Of a stretch of 64,000 bases of DNA, positions 1 through 12,400 are shown one piece after another. Under the pieces are notes generated by a model, which saw nothing but the letters and a program-made list of their open reading frames with translations, was not told the DNA's origin and did not search any database. The DNA comes from Amoebophrya sp. A120 (taxonomy: Eukaryota; Protista; Dinoflagellata), in contig CAJINV010000004.1 of the NCBI GenBank assembly GCA_905178155.1, positions 4,272,518 through 4,336,517 on the forward strand, read 5' to 3'. Within the stretch, counting starts at the first letter, position 1, and each line of letters begins with the position of its first letter. The position numbers and the translations under genes were made by a program.

Positions 1-204
1 ATGCTACGACGTATCCTGTGCAAAAGTATCGTACTCGTAGTAATTATCGCAGTCATGCATTACAAATCTTTATCCCAAGTCAAAACAGCATGACAAATTC
101 TATTTGTCATGCATGGCGACGCCGGCGGGGACGACGGTGGTGGCGAGTGAGGTGGTGCAAGGTCAAACAGTAGTTGTCAAGCAGTGCAGCTTTCCCCCTG
201 CAAT

Positions 205-240
205 CCTAAACCCTAAACTGCAGTAGAACCCTAAACCCCA
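205..240 (+). repeat. Degenerate telomeric repeats (CCCTAAA)n
   Basis: cctaaaccctaaa...accctaaacccc. Confidence 0.7.
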
Positions 241-598
241 ATTCTTTCACCCCCCCCACAGTCGCGGCACCTCACCCACGCATTTTTTCTACATGATCGC
301 ATTCAAACAGATGAGAGAAAATTACAATTAGCCGTTGCCGTTACGTGAACAGCATCCTGTCGATGTTTGGTCCGTTTGTTCAAAAGTATGAATTTGTCTT
401 CGTCGTCTCGTACGTCCACCTTCGTTTCTCATTCGTTTTCGGTTCGTTCTTGCTTGCTCCTGTCTCAGCACTCGTCATTGATGTCGTGCATGTGTGCTAA
501 ACGAAATTCAAATTTGTGCCTCTTCGTTCAACAATTAGAATTAGAATTAAGTACGCCGTCGTACAACTGCTCGCTCCTGCCTTCGGTTTACGGTTTCG

Positions 599-819
599 TA
601 TCATGAGGAGGCGAATCATGAGGAGGCGACAATTGCTTGCTCAGCATGACAAGTTTGTTTCTGAGCTTGTAGGTGTTGCCTATTCTGCATGACAAACTAC
701 GTTTCTGCATGACAGAAAAGTGGGGCTCTTTGGTAATGTGCATGACAGATTTAAGAGTCATGCCAGACACGCATGACAAACTTGCATTCTTCCAGACCCA
801 GACATTTTTACATTTGATA
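599..819. mobile_element. Truncated family-A introner (one TIR only)
   Basis: Ends in CTTCCAGACCCAGACATTTTTACATTTGATA and is a reverse-complement relative of 61592-61852. The other TIR is missing. Confidence 0.8.
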
Positions 820-1011
820 TCTGACCCGTGGCTTGAGTGGGGAGGTTCGGGACGGAGGCGTTTTCCTGTAGAGGTGTCGAGTCGTGATAAATCTTTTATC
901 CATGCTATTTTTTGAATCTACAAATACAATGCCGGGTTTCTCCTTGCACTTTCAGTTTCACTTTCGCTGCTGTCTACACAACAAAAAGCACATGAAACTA
1001 GCTCATTCTTG

Positions 1012-1308
1012 TCATCTTTCTACCGGAGACAGGATCGCCGTCCAGGTCCAGCTGGGCGGTGGCCGTCGGTCAAACCGAAAGCGCCCGAACGCCTCGTAGT
1101 GCGGGCGCCAAGTGTCCAGGATGCGGAACTTCGGTACGGAGATTTCCCTCTCGATGAAAAACCTCTGCACGTGCTTTTCGTGAAACATGCCTTCCAGCGG
1201 CCGGCTGTGCATCTTGGCCATCTGGTACAGCACCCACTTTTCCAACTTGTCCACCAAAGTGCGCTGTCGGGCGAGCTCCGATTGCGATACTTCCGGGACG
1301 GGGTAGAA
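1012..1308 (-). pseudogene. Orphan exon-like fragment fused to an introner remnant
   Basis: Open, protein-like frame (..RQRTLVDKLEKWVLYQMAKMHSRPLEGMFHEKHVQRFFIERE..) abutting the GCATGACAAAT/ATTTGTCATGC hairpin. No complete gene is visible. Confidence 0.4.
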
Positions 1309-1511
1309 TGCATGACAAATTCTATTTGTCATGCATGGCGACGCCGGCGGGGACGACGGTGGTGGCGAGTGAAACTGTTTCGACGCATGCGTGGACGACG
1401 ACGGTGATGTATAGTACGTAGGCTAATTGATTTACTCAAATGAAGAAGAGTCCGAGCAGCTCCACCAATCATTTCATTATCTTTTCTCACCTCTACTCTC
1501 AATATCTTCAG

Positions 1512-1868
1512 ATCGACTACCGCAAGGCCGTCCCTGCGTACCCGGAGGAGACGCCAGGCGACACGCGCAAGTCTTTGTGGGACGAGTACGTCTCCTAGGA
1601 AACTGCACAACTCCCCCTCCGCCTCCCCCTCATTTGTGTTGCATGAACAGCAATAGAAGGGCCTGCAAGAGTGCAGCTCTTGCATGACAAATTTTCACTG
1701 GATTGTAGTGGTGTGTGGGCTGTCAGAATCTGTGATGCTAACATTCAAAGGGGGCAAAGAGTGGATTTGGTATTTTGCATGGCAAATGAGGAGGAGTGGG
1801 AGTAGTTGTGCACTGTCATAACTCCAAACGCATGCGAGAGGTGGAACCGACACAGGAATGCTACGACG
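1512..1868 (+). pseudogene. Gene fragment containing an intact introner and ending in a truncated one
   Basis: After an AG: IDYRKAVPAYPEETPGDTRKSLWDEYVS|KRMREVEPTQECYD, open across insert 1596-1820. A family-B TIR starts at 1869 but has no partner. Confidence 0.5.
1596..1820. mobile_element. Introner, family C
   Basis: TAGGAAACTGCACAACTCCCCC...GTTGTGCACTGTCATA; TSD tctcc/actcc. Confidence 0.85.
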
Positions 1869-2054
1869 TATCCTGTGCAAAAGTATCGTACTCGTAGTAA
1901 TTATCGCAGTCATGCATTACAAATCTTTATCCCAAGTCAAAACAGCATGACAAATTCTATTTGTCATGCATGGCGACGCCGGCGGAGACGACGGTGGTGG
2001 CGAATGAAGTGGCCCAAGGTCAAAGAATGGTCTGCAGTGCAGCTTTCCCCCTGA

Positions 2055-2180
2055 ACCCTAAAGCCTTAACCCTAAACCCAAAGCTTAAACCCCGCAGCTT
2101 TGCCCCCTGAACTACAGAACCCGAAACCTAAACCCTAAAGCTTTCCCCCCTAAACTACAGAACCCCAAACTGTAAACCCC
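2055..2180 (+). repeat. Degenerate telomeric repeats (CCCTAAA)n
   Basis: Multiple ccctaaa/ccttaa/cccaaa units. Confidence 0.75.
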
Positions 2181-2359
2181 ACACACAGGGTCGCGGCACC
2201 ACACCCACGAACTTGAGTACTCTATCACACCCTAGAAGTACATGATCGTCATCGTATGCAAGCGAGATAAGAGATTTTCTCAGAAAATGTAGAAGCCGCT
2301 GCCGTCACGTGAACAGCATTTCCTGGCGATGTTTCGTCCGTTTGTTCAAAAGTATGATA

Positions 2360-2947
2360 TTGGTTGTACTACAGTTATCTCAACTGTGCTTGTGGATCTC
2401 AACGTTGAGACCTCACAGCTCAACGTTGAGAAATATATCTCAACGACCAGCAGTGGTTTAGGGTTTCGGGTTTAGGATTTGGGGTTTAGGGTCGTCGGGC
2501 AGGGCAGCCGCCGCCGGCCGGCCGGCCGGCGGCCGCTGCCCTGCCCGACGACTCTCTTGTCGCTCTCCTGCGCTATTGCTGCCCGGCCCGTTGTGCGCGC
2601 CCCGTTGGTTTGTGTGCCCTGTGTCTCACTATGCGCGCAGCCTCTGCGCGTTTTTCTAACTATCTATGAGCCCGCTCGCCGGCATTCGTGTTGGCAGGAC
2701 CTCTGAGAGGTTTGTTGCCCGGGCTTGATGCGCACCTTCACGCCACGGAGTTCTTCTGTGCGCAGACCGTTGAGACCAGTCGTTGAGCTCTTCGCGAATC
2801 CGTTGAGGCGTCTCAAAGCGTTGGGGCGCAACCGTTGAGATTCACTCGCTTTTACAAGAGTGATTTCGCAAGTTTTCGCTCGTGTTTTAACATAAGGCCG
2901 TGCATAGTATTGAGATTCACTCGCTGAGATTCCTGTATAACAACCTA
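2360..2947. mobile_element. 588-bp TIR element carrying TTTAGGG repeats and a GC hairpin
   Basis: TIR TTGGTTGTACTACAG / CTGTATAACAACCTA; TSD tgata. The empty site is present in the sister repeat at ~386-392. Confidence 0.85.
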
Positions 2948-3400
2948 TGATATTTGTCTTCGTCATTTCGTACGTCCATCTTCGTTTGTTTTCTTACCTC
3001 ATGCGTTTTCGGTTCGTTCTTGCGTGCTCACTCATCGTTGATGTCCTCGTACAGAAATGTGTGTTTCTTCGTCCAACAATCATGCCGTCGTACTCGCTCC
3101 TGCTTTCGGTTTATAGTTGCGTACTCGTTACGGTTACGACCGGCGTTACCGTTATTTTCGGTCACGTGTTGACTTCGAAGTCTAACACCATGGAAGTACT
3201 CAATCGAATGAAAAGAACAATATCAACACGGGAAAAAATAGAAGGCGTTTATCAACCCTACAGGTCGTTTGCGTACCCCACCATAGCGATCATTACACCC
3301 AACTTCTTTTCATATCGACCACCCATCAAAAGTTAGGTTTACATTTATCTTGCAGCGTTATTGTGTAAGTGTAAGTCGTGGCACCAGAATTGCATAGATT

Positions 3401-6400
3401 ATGCGCGGTCGTATTCCGCTATGGAAGAAGAACGATCGCAAAGCTGATCGAGCGCCAGCGGAGCAGGACGGTCCAACGCCTGAAGAAGTACAACGTGAGG
3501 GAAGCGCAGCCCCTTCAGAGATGGAGCAGGGGCCCACAAGAGAAGGCGGCGCATCGATGACCAACGAAGTAGACGTGGCCGCTACTGCAGGTGAGGTAGA
3601 TCCAAATACCCCTGCAACAGACCGCACCGCTGCAACGGTGGAAGATGCGGCTTACCTCGCAGAAAGCCAGCAGGCAGAGGAGCGTCCGCGCGGAGAAAGA
3701 ACAAACCAAGACACGACTCTTGGCGGGGATGCAACTACACAAAACGCAAACGGTGGAAACGACGGCAATACTAAATTAACCGATACCATTCCGAAGCAAA
3801 GCAAGGCGCATTTCCGAGGGACTGTCGCTGCGGAAAGGAACACGATTTCCGTGTACAGGAAGGACGCAGGGAGAGAGAAGTACAATAGTCAAGAGAAGAA
3901 GTTGATATCTGATGTCGACATGATTCGAGCGACCACGCAGCGAATCCCGGGAGCTGCACCGGAAGGAGGAGGTGCGGGAGAGGCAGGAGCAAATGTCATC
4001 AACGGAGCATCAGCTTCCGTGCGTACCAGTGCCGCTCAGAACACAGGCGCGGATGATCTTCAAGCAAATAACAGCAGAGTCGTCGGTCAGTCCGTGCAGA
4101 GTTACGATGACCTTCCAGGTGCTGGAAAAAATACAGCAGTAGACGCGAAGGCCAGCAACGCATCGACCGCCGAGAAGCGGTCGAGTCTCGACAAGCTTAT
4201 GAAGTCGATGGCCCCAGACAGATCCAGCTCGCAACGCGTCGCAACTCTGGCGGAGCGGAAGGAGAGATTGCTCAACCAGGGTCTACTCGACCAAGAGGGT
4301 AATGAAGAGGAAGAGACGAAGCGAGCTACGTATGTGCGCGGTACAGCTGGTGGCATCAGTCGCGGCAGCCCTCGTCCTTCTGCGAGAAGTAGAAGATCTT
4401 CCAACAAAGGCGAACAAGGTCTTTCACGTGAGGAACCACAGCAAGAGGACAACGATGCCGATGTCGACGCGGAGGACCAGGATGAACAAATCGAACTTGA
4501 CCCTGCCGGCGAAGTGCACCACAAGCGCATGAGCGGCAAATTGTACCAATTACGCCAGAAAAACAAGGCTTCTAACCCCGCGAGGGTCGTCGAAAAACAC
4601 GGGAACAAGCCGGCGACTTACGTGCTCGCCTCGAACAACCGCCACGGCCACAGCTTCCCCTACAGCCCCGCCCCCCAGCAGCCGCACGAGACGGCGAGGG
4701 AAAATTTGTTTGCGTGTCCGCGCTTCATAGACCGGCCGAAGCCGAGTATTGGGTACACAAATCCGGTGACCGTGCCGCACCGGGGAGTGGTGAAAGGACA
4801 GCCAGCAGTACGAGGTGAGCAAAAAGAGCGGTTGTTTTTATCCACTGCTTCCATTGACACCCGAGTGCCAATGCAAACCAATTCCGACGACCATGTTTCC
4901 ACGCAGAACCCGCTAGAGAGGAGAAACATTAACCGGCCGATCAAGATCCACGAGAAGACAAAATCGACTGTTGGCTTCATTCGTGGGCCGTTATTCTCCA
5001 CGGATTTCGATTTCGAATTCTACCAACAAACCCTACCGCACGCGCCGGTCCCTGCCTGGATTCCCAAAGACAGCAGTTACGCGCGGAGAGTTGCGAAGGT
5101 GAGTGATTGGTTTCGGGCACGGCACTACAAGTATCCGGACCACAGTGTTTTTCGGGTGGTGCAGAAACTGGCGCGTGCGGAGGACAACGGGGTGGTGTTT
5201 ATGGGAGATGAAGGAGATGTTGTTGTCGATCGTGACAACGCAAGTTCCAAAAACGTGATGTTCAATGTCGCGGATACATCTGTGCGGGAATTTTCCCCCC
5301 CTGTCAGTGGGAAAAATGTCACCTCTGCTGTGACAAGTAACGAATCACTTCTACGCCCGTCCTCCACCGCCGTGGACGCAGACGAGGGGGTCGTGGTGCA
5401 AGCTCTAGGCGAGAAGAAATCGCCGAACAAATCCGTTCGGATGCAGGGTTACTTTGACCAAATCCTCGTCTCGGCCAACCAGAGCAAAGACTCCAAGCTG
5501 ATCCGCCGTAGCGCGAGCACGGCGGCGGCGATGATGTCCTCGTCGAGGATGATGAGCAGTGGTGGAGCTGGGGCTTCTAGCAAGGTGTTGTCGCGCTCGG
5601 CGTCTCAACGAGAAAGCCAGATGAAAAGGTCAACTGCAGGGAGTAGTAGTCCAGCTCCAGCAAGCAGAAGAACTACTTCCACGGCAAAGACGAACGTAGA
5701 TCCGCGAAAGACCGCTAGTCAGCCTCGTCCCCCAACGCGTGCCATGGTTGTCAAAAAGACCAGCGTGAAGTCGCATGCAAGTGAAGATGATAGTACCTCC
5801 GCGGTGTTGAGTAGGGAAAGTGGGAAAAAAGTGAAAAACGTCGCTGCGCCAACAGTAGCTGCCCCCGGCCGCAACACCCTGAACAAGAAAGCGCAGAACG
5901 AGGCGCTGCAGGGCTTTGGGCAAATCCCCCCCTCCGCCGCGGGAACCCGGGCCAAGAAGACCCGCGCCCTGGCGAAGGTGTTTGTGAGAGCGGACGGGAA
6001 GAAGGTGCGGTTGAACCCGCGGAAAATGGGATTCGAGGGCGCGGCTGCGGCCGGCGAGGAGCTGGAGGATGATGAATCTGTTGTGGAGGAGGATGTTGAT
6101 AGCGAGGAAGACATGGAGGAAGATGAGGCGGAGTTGTCCAACACCTCTGGTGCCGAAGAGACACCGGAAGAGGGCGAAGATGCTGAAAGAACCGCTCAAA
6201 TGGCCGGAGACGAGGGAGAACACAAAAATGCGGGGGAGGATGAAGCGGATGAATCTCTGGCTGCTGCTGGTGCTGGTGCACCGGATAGAAATTCGTCTTC
6301 GAACAATGCAAAACATGCGTCCCACTCCCAGGCCCAGCGTCAGCACAGGGGGGACAACGGTAGTGTCGAAACCCCATCACCACAAAACACGGCCAGGGAC

Positions 6401-9400
6401 CTCCACAGCGAAGAACTCGATGACCCCGACCGGGTTGACACGCCGTACAGCACGGGCACTCCGGCGTTTGAGGCGGAGCACCATATCGTATTTAAAAACG
6501 TCCCCACCCCAGAGTTGTCATGCGAATCTGCATGCTGAAAATGTTTATCATGCGGAGCCCCATGAGAAGCATTTTTCAGTCGTGTATTGGAGTTTGTCAT
6601 GCTGGAATCAGCATGATATACTAGATCTGTCATGCTGCTGAACTACCTCGCACAGCACTACACTACGGGGCCAAACTTGTCATGCGAAACAACTAAAGGT
6701 GGTTGATTTGTCTAGCAGATTTCCCATTTTGACTCTGGTGTGGGGACGTTTTTGCTCAGGATACACCAGATGGAGGGGTTATCCTCCGAACAGGAGGAAA
6801 ACCGGACCAGCAGCCGAATTGAGGTTAGCCAAGGGACCTCCGCTATCAAATGCAAAAATGTCTGGGTCTGGAAGAATCCAACTTGTTATGCTGATTTTGG
6901 ATTCTAAGAAAATCTGTATTGCATGAGCAGCAAAGAGACTCCAAGTTTTGCTACACGGAAAGAGCATTTGTCATGCGGTATAGGCATCAGGAAGCCCTCA
7001 CAAAATGTGTGATGCTAGGGCATGCATCACAGGCATCAGGAGTCATGCAAAATGTGCATGACAAACCTGGCAATCTTCCAGACCCAGACACTTTTACATT
7101 TGATAGGGACCGCCCCACAAGAACTCGAGCCGCAGTCGCAGGGTACTACCGCGAGTTCTGTCGTCGACCCAAACACGCCGGTGGTTTCGTTTCTGGGGGA
7201 GCAGCAGCAGTATCTGATGTCTTCGCGACAGAATTCCCCGCGAAACAGCGCGGCGACCGCCGTGGCTGGAGAAGGAGATGCTGGAAGTGAATCCGTTAGG
7301 GGACTACAGAAGAGCGGTGCGACTGAAATAAAATCCTCCGTCGCCACTGTTTTACCGGCAGGAAGAACGAACACGACTATTGCAAGAACCAAGGTAATTC
7401 CTGATACTGTCATCCTCCAAGAACAAGATGACTACACTAACGGTCGCGTTTCAGCAGCAGCAGCAGGAACTTCAAATGACCTCCGCCGTTTGACGCTGAT
7501 CAGCATGGAAACACCCTTCCAGAGCAAAGCGGACGAAACCGCGGCAGCACAGGCGTCGGCTAACACTGTTGCGTTGGTGCAGGACATCTGGACGCCGGCC
7601 GATGCAGTCATCAACGGAAACCTAGAAGAGCAGAAGCTGGAATTGACGAGAAGCGCTGTTTTCAAGCAGTTGCGGGAACTGCAACAGAAGAAAATCGTGA
7701 ACGACGAAAAAGTAATTTCCGACGTGAAAGCGCGCATCACGATCCCATCCGAAGCTGTCGAGCCGCACATGATTTTTCAGGACGGCATGCGGTTGACCTA
7801 CATTCACCCGGAAACCGGGGAGAAGTTGAAGAGGCCGGCGAGTCCCGAACGGAAAATCCGGGACAGGGATGGGGAGCGGAAATGGATCAAATTCGAAGAA
7901 GATTACAGTATCCAAATCACCGCAAACTACAACAATTGCAACGAGGAGTTGTTTGTTGACGGGAAAAAACGGACGGTTTCCATCCCGGGCGCCTGCTTCT
8001 TACCGAAGAAGGCACCAAGGATCAATTCCCGGCTGTTCACGTTCCGCAGGGATATGCTGTTGCCAACCTGGGTGAACCAATTCTCCGTGTTGTGGGAAAA
8101 GCGGCGAAAGTCTTTGGCGCACTTGGAGGAGATGCTGGACGCGTTGGAACTAGCCCCGGAGGTGCTGCAAAGGGCGTCGAACTTCCACGCGAACACCAGC
8201 AAAGTCAACTACACGGACCTAGATTTCGCAAAATTACCGCTGCAGCACAGCAACCACAGAGATGAAAAGGAGGGACGGCCAACGTGGAACAGCAACTTCC
8301 ACCAGCTTCCGAGCGGACACGTGTTCTCCGGGATCAAGCCCGACAGCCCGCGCCGGAAGTGGGTGCCGTTTGAGCGGAAGGTGCCGAAGAGTCTCATGCA
8401 GTGGTACGCCCTGAAACACCGGAATTCCGTCGAGGGGAAAGCGTGGTCGGAAAAGGTTGCGAATTTGAAACAGGCGGAACTCGATGAGCTACACGGCGGG
8501 AATAATGCTTTTACAAATGGCTATCCTTTGAACTACAAATCTTGCGCCGACGAGCATGCTCCCTGGTCGAAAGATACTAAAGTCGAAGGCCTCTTCTCCG
8601 ATCGGGACAAGAACCTGTGGAAAAAGCGCATGAAAACCATGCAGCAGGGGCAGCAGGCGCTGCGGTGTTTCCGGAACGCGCTGGACGCGAAATACCATTT
8701 TTCAGACATTTCTTCCCCTTTGACGCTAGACGCGTTTCGCTTGCAGCAACAGAAGTTCGAAATCCACGACGGTAATATGGACGACGATTACGGCATGATG
8801 GCAGGAGTTCCACTGTCGGCGGCCAACCCCTTTCCATCCTCCGCCTTCGATGGCCCCGGTAGTTCGGAGATGATGGGTAATATGAGCATGAAGCAGCCGA
8901 TAGCTATGATGACCGCTCTGGCGGAGGAAGATGAGGAGGAAGTAGCGGACGGTGGTGGTGCGGAGAAAGCAGAAAGACCACCTGAGGAGCAAGCTACTGG
9001 CCAGCTGCCCGCTGCCGCCATTGCTCCCGGTAGTTCCACGCTTTCCAAAACCTCCATCGCCTCTGACAAGGGCCTCCGAGCCAGCGCCGCTAACCAGGCC
9101 GCACCGGGAGATGTTCTTGAGCGAGGGTCCGATGAACAGCATTTGGACCAAGTGGTCGATTCCTTGAATGAGATCCACGCCGGTGTGGTCTCTTTCGCGA
9201 AAGGACAGAAAAACCCCTGGGCGGTAGCTCCTGCGGGAACTGCAGGAACAGACGGGCGGTCAAGCGTTAGCAGCACAAATTCGGCCGGGCAACAAGGGCA
9301 AACACTATCTCAGCTCGACCAGGAGCTTCTTCGGGACAGGCGGCAAACGATCTCGGAAATTCTCCGCCTTCTCCGGGACCGCAACACGGCGCTCGCCGTT

Positions 9401-12400
9401 GCCGCGGCGGAGGCGGCGGAACACGATCGCCAGTACGAGGAGGAGTACTTTCGCCATTTGCAGCATAATCAAGACCCGGAGGAAATAACGAATTACCCAC
9501 CCCACCAATACCTCCACTTGGCGGAAGAGTTGGGGGAAACCGCGTTGTACGAATGCGTCACCTTCTTGAAATCGAGCGACGATGTGGAACGGGAGATCGC
9601 TTTGTTGGAAAAGTACCTCTACGACACGGCCTTGGTCGGCGAATCTGCGGTTGGGAGGCTCGTCTCGGATTTGCACGCCTGGCGGACCGATCCGAGTAGA
9701 GATTTGCACAGGGATTCGAAAGTGTTGAAGAAGATGCAGAACAGTCACTGGGGAAACACGAAAAAAATCCCCGGGTTTGCGATCAAACACTTACTACCCG
9801 ACGTGAACTTGTCTTTGGTAGAACGGTTGAAAGCGCGTTCCAAACCGAGGCACGTGGTTCACAACAGGACACAGAGCTTAGACGAGAAAGCGAAAAAGAA
9901 CCGCGAGGCTGCGAAGAAACAGGCGGCGGATAATGCGCGGAAAAAGTTCGGCACGAGGTCCGGGAACGTTGCGAGCAGTGGGAATTTGGGAGGTGTTGAC
10001 AAGGCTACAACCCGAAAAAGCAGTACTTTTTCGCCGCGTCAGAGTTCCGTCAGACGATCCACACAGCAGCAGAATACGCAGGCAAGTCGAGCAGGACAAG
10101 AAGGTGCGATTGCCTCGATTCTGAAATCTACTTCCGAGCGGAGATCTTCGTCGAAAGGGAACAAAGGCACTTCATCTTCGCAGCAAATGTCAGTTCTGTT
10201 TCCGGCGCAGGTCGTGTCAATTCGAGAGTCCTCTGCGGACAAGGAGGGTGACAAGCTTCTCTCCGGCCATATCACAGGAAAAAGTGTTAACGTTAACGGA
10301 ATTTGTGATGCAGAAATGCATCACAAAACGTGCCAAAATTTGTCATGCATAGCATGCATGCTAGGCAAAATTTGTCATCCATTTTTGCAATCTATGAAAG
10401 CCGTTAACGTTAACACTTTTTCCTGTGATAGGCCAGGGGGAGTTGATCAGCACAAACGAATTCCGCGCTACTGGGACGGTTAGAGATGCTGGTAGTTCAA
10501 CAAAACAGTCGGCGAATAAGATAAACTTGGATTTGAATTCCGCGATCACAAGCGATGAGGCCCGCGAACTGAAAAAGATCGGCGCCGAGACGATGACAGG
10601 CGCCTTTATGGCCAAGCAGGGGATGTTTGAATCTTTTGTCGGTGGGCCGGTAGAACAAGAACCGGAAATGATGCTAGAAAGGAGCAGCAGCCGACTGGTG
10701 TCCGGCGACGGCGGTGTGGCGGATTCCGATAGGGGGCGCTCCGAACGTGCTCAGGCGGAACAAATGCTGGACCAGCAGCGAAAAAACACGACCCAGCAGT
10801 CATCTTCTTCTGTCCGGAGCTCCAGAACTTCTTCCGTTTTCAATAAAGGCTCGGCAATTCTAAGCAAGCAAAATTATGGATCAGAACATATAGAGCCAGC
10901 AGAATCCACCAACCCCAGCAAGCTTTCCCGTCCCTCCTTCAATCGGCCACAAACGACGGCACGATCGTCCAAGTCGTCGGTAGTATCAAAGTCGTCAGCG
11001 AAAAGTGATACTCAAGAAGGAGACAACATGGAGCAGGCTGCGTTGCGGCTTTCGACGGGGGCTTCGAGGAAGTCTAGCCGCCAGTCGAACCAGGAAGTAG
11101 AACAAAGCCAAGATATGGTAAAGCAATCCACAGCTTCCAGCGTGCGGAATAAAAGCTCAAAGATCAGTGAGGGCAAGAAGTCTTCCACTATGTCTGCTAG
11201 AACCTCAGGATCCAAAGTGAGTTTGAGCAGCGATAAGAAAGCCAGCAGCCGAATCGATGCTCCCGAAGACGATTCCGAAGCGAAGCAGAAGCTCTTAGAG
11301 CATTTGAACTCGCTCGGGGAGGTAAACAGTGACGGGAATGTTGTGCTGCCAATCGACGCGGTAAATCAGTTGCGGAGTTACTTGAAAAAGAGCACGGCGA
11401 GTCAGGAGCAGGAAGAGGAAACCTCCCAGAGACAGTCCTCCACCAGGAAAGTATCTTCTGAGATGTTGAACAAGGGCCCTTCAGAGAGAAGTGCCGCTTC
11501 TGACACCAAGGGCGCAGCTCCTTCTAGACGCGATTCCTCATCCAAGCGTAGCGGTTCGGAATCGTCTGACTCAAAGCAGATGAAAACACGTCGAGAACAA
11601 ACAGCCGCAAGTCGAGCTTGCACTGTCAGGCGAGAAGAGGAAGATGAGCAGACAGATGACAGGAAGCAAAAGTCGGAAAATTTCTCTCCGCGACAAAGTT
11701 CTTCTACGTCGCAAAGAATCAGCTTGAAGCGTGAAAGCAGCACCAAAAGAAGCGTTGGCTCTTCTCCAACATCTCGCGCGGAAAGCAAGACAGGGAGCGT
11801 CAAGCGGGAGAGTTCAGTTCTTCGCAACGCAATGGAGAAAACAAGCGCTGTCGAGCAGCGCGATAGCACCGTAGTTCGTCGCGACGAGGAGGCTGCGACG
11901 AGTGTCAAGCGCGATATCAGAAGTAGTACAACTTCCGGCGGCGCAGCTTCCGTTGTGAATACGAAACAAGACCAGGAAGAAGTTGTCGAGCGGGCTGTTT
12001 CATCTAGCAAAAAATCCACCAGCTCACTGAAAGACACGGACCGGGACGGGAGCAAGAAATCGACCAGTCGCCAGTCCGACCTGTTTGTGAGCTTCGAATC
12101 GAAGAACATCAAGGCTTCCACCGCCTCTGGTGTGAACGTGAACAACGGAGACGAGGTTGACAAAGACACCAGAAGGAGCACGGCAAAGCGGAGCATTTCG
12201 AAAAGAGGATCTTCTTCTAAAAGAGAGGCCGATGTCGGTCGTGGTGGTGAAGATGATGTTCCGGATCTACTTCGAGAGGAGCAGAAATCTTCCAAAAGAT
12301 CTGAGATGTCTGATGGAAAGAAGTCCTCTCGGCGTCGTGACAGCAGCGAAATGTTGAATCAAAACCCGAATAATTACAACACCGACATGGCGGACCGGAG

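Larger units (their letters stand above)
1..3110. repeat. Tandemly duplicated mosaic unit (period ~1,857 bp) of truncated introners, exon fragments and telomere-like repeats
   Basis: 1-~200 matches 1858-~2055. ~260-600 matches ~2190-2359 plus 2953-~3110. ~85-150 recurs at ~1308-1372. Confidence 0.85.

Noticed and set aside
205-2490. A true chromosome end at the telomeric repeats
   Set aside because: The tracts are short, degenerate, internal and in both orientations. They are interstitial at most, though they may be subtelomeric.
5630-12295. Long minus-strand ORFs (e.g. 5630-6346, 11402-12295)
   Set aside because: They are antisense shadows of the low-complexity + strand gene.
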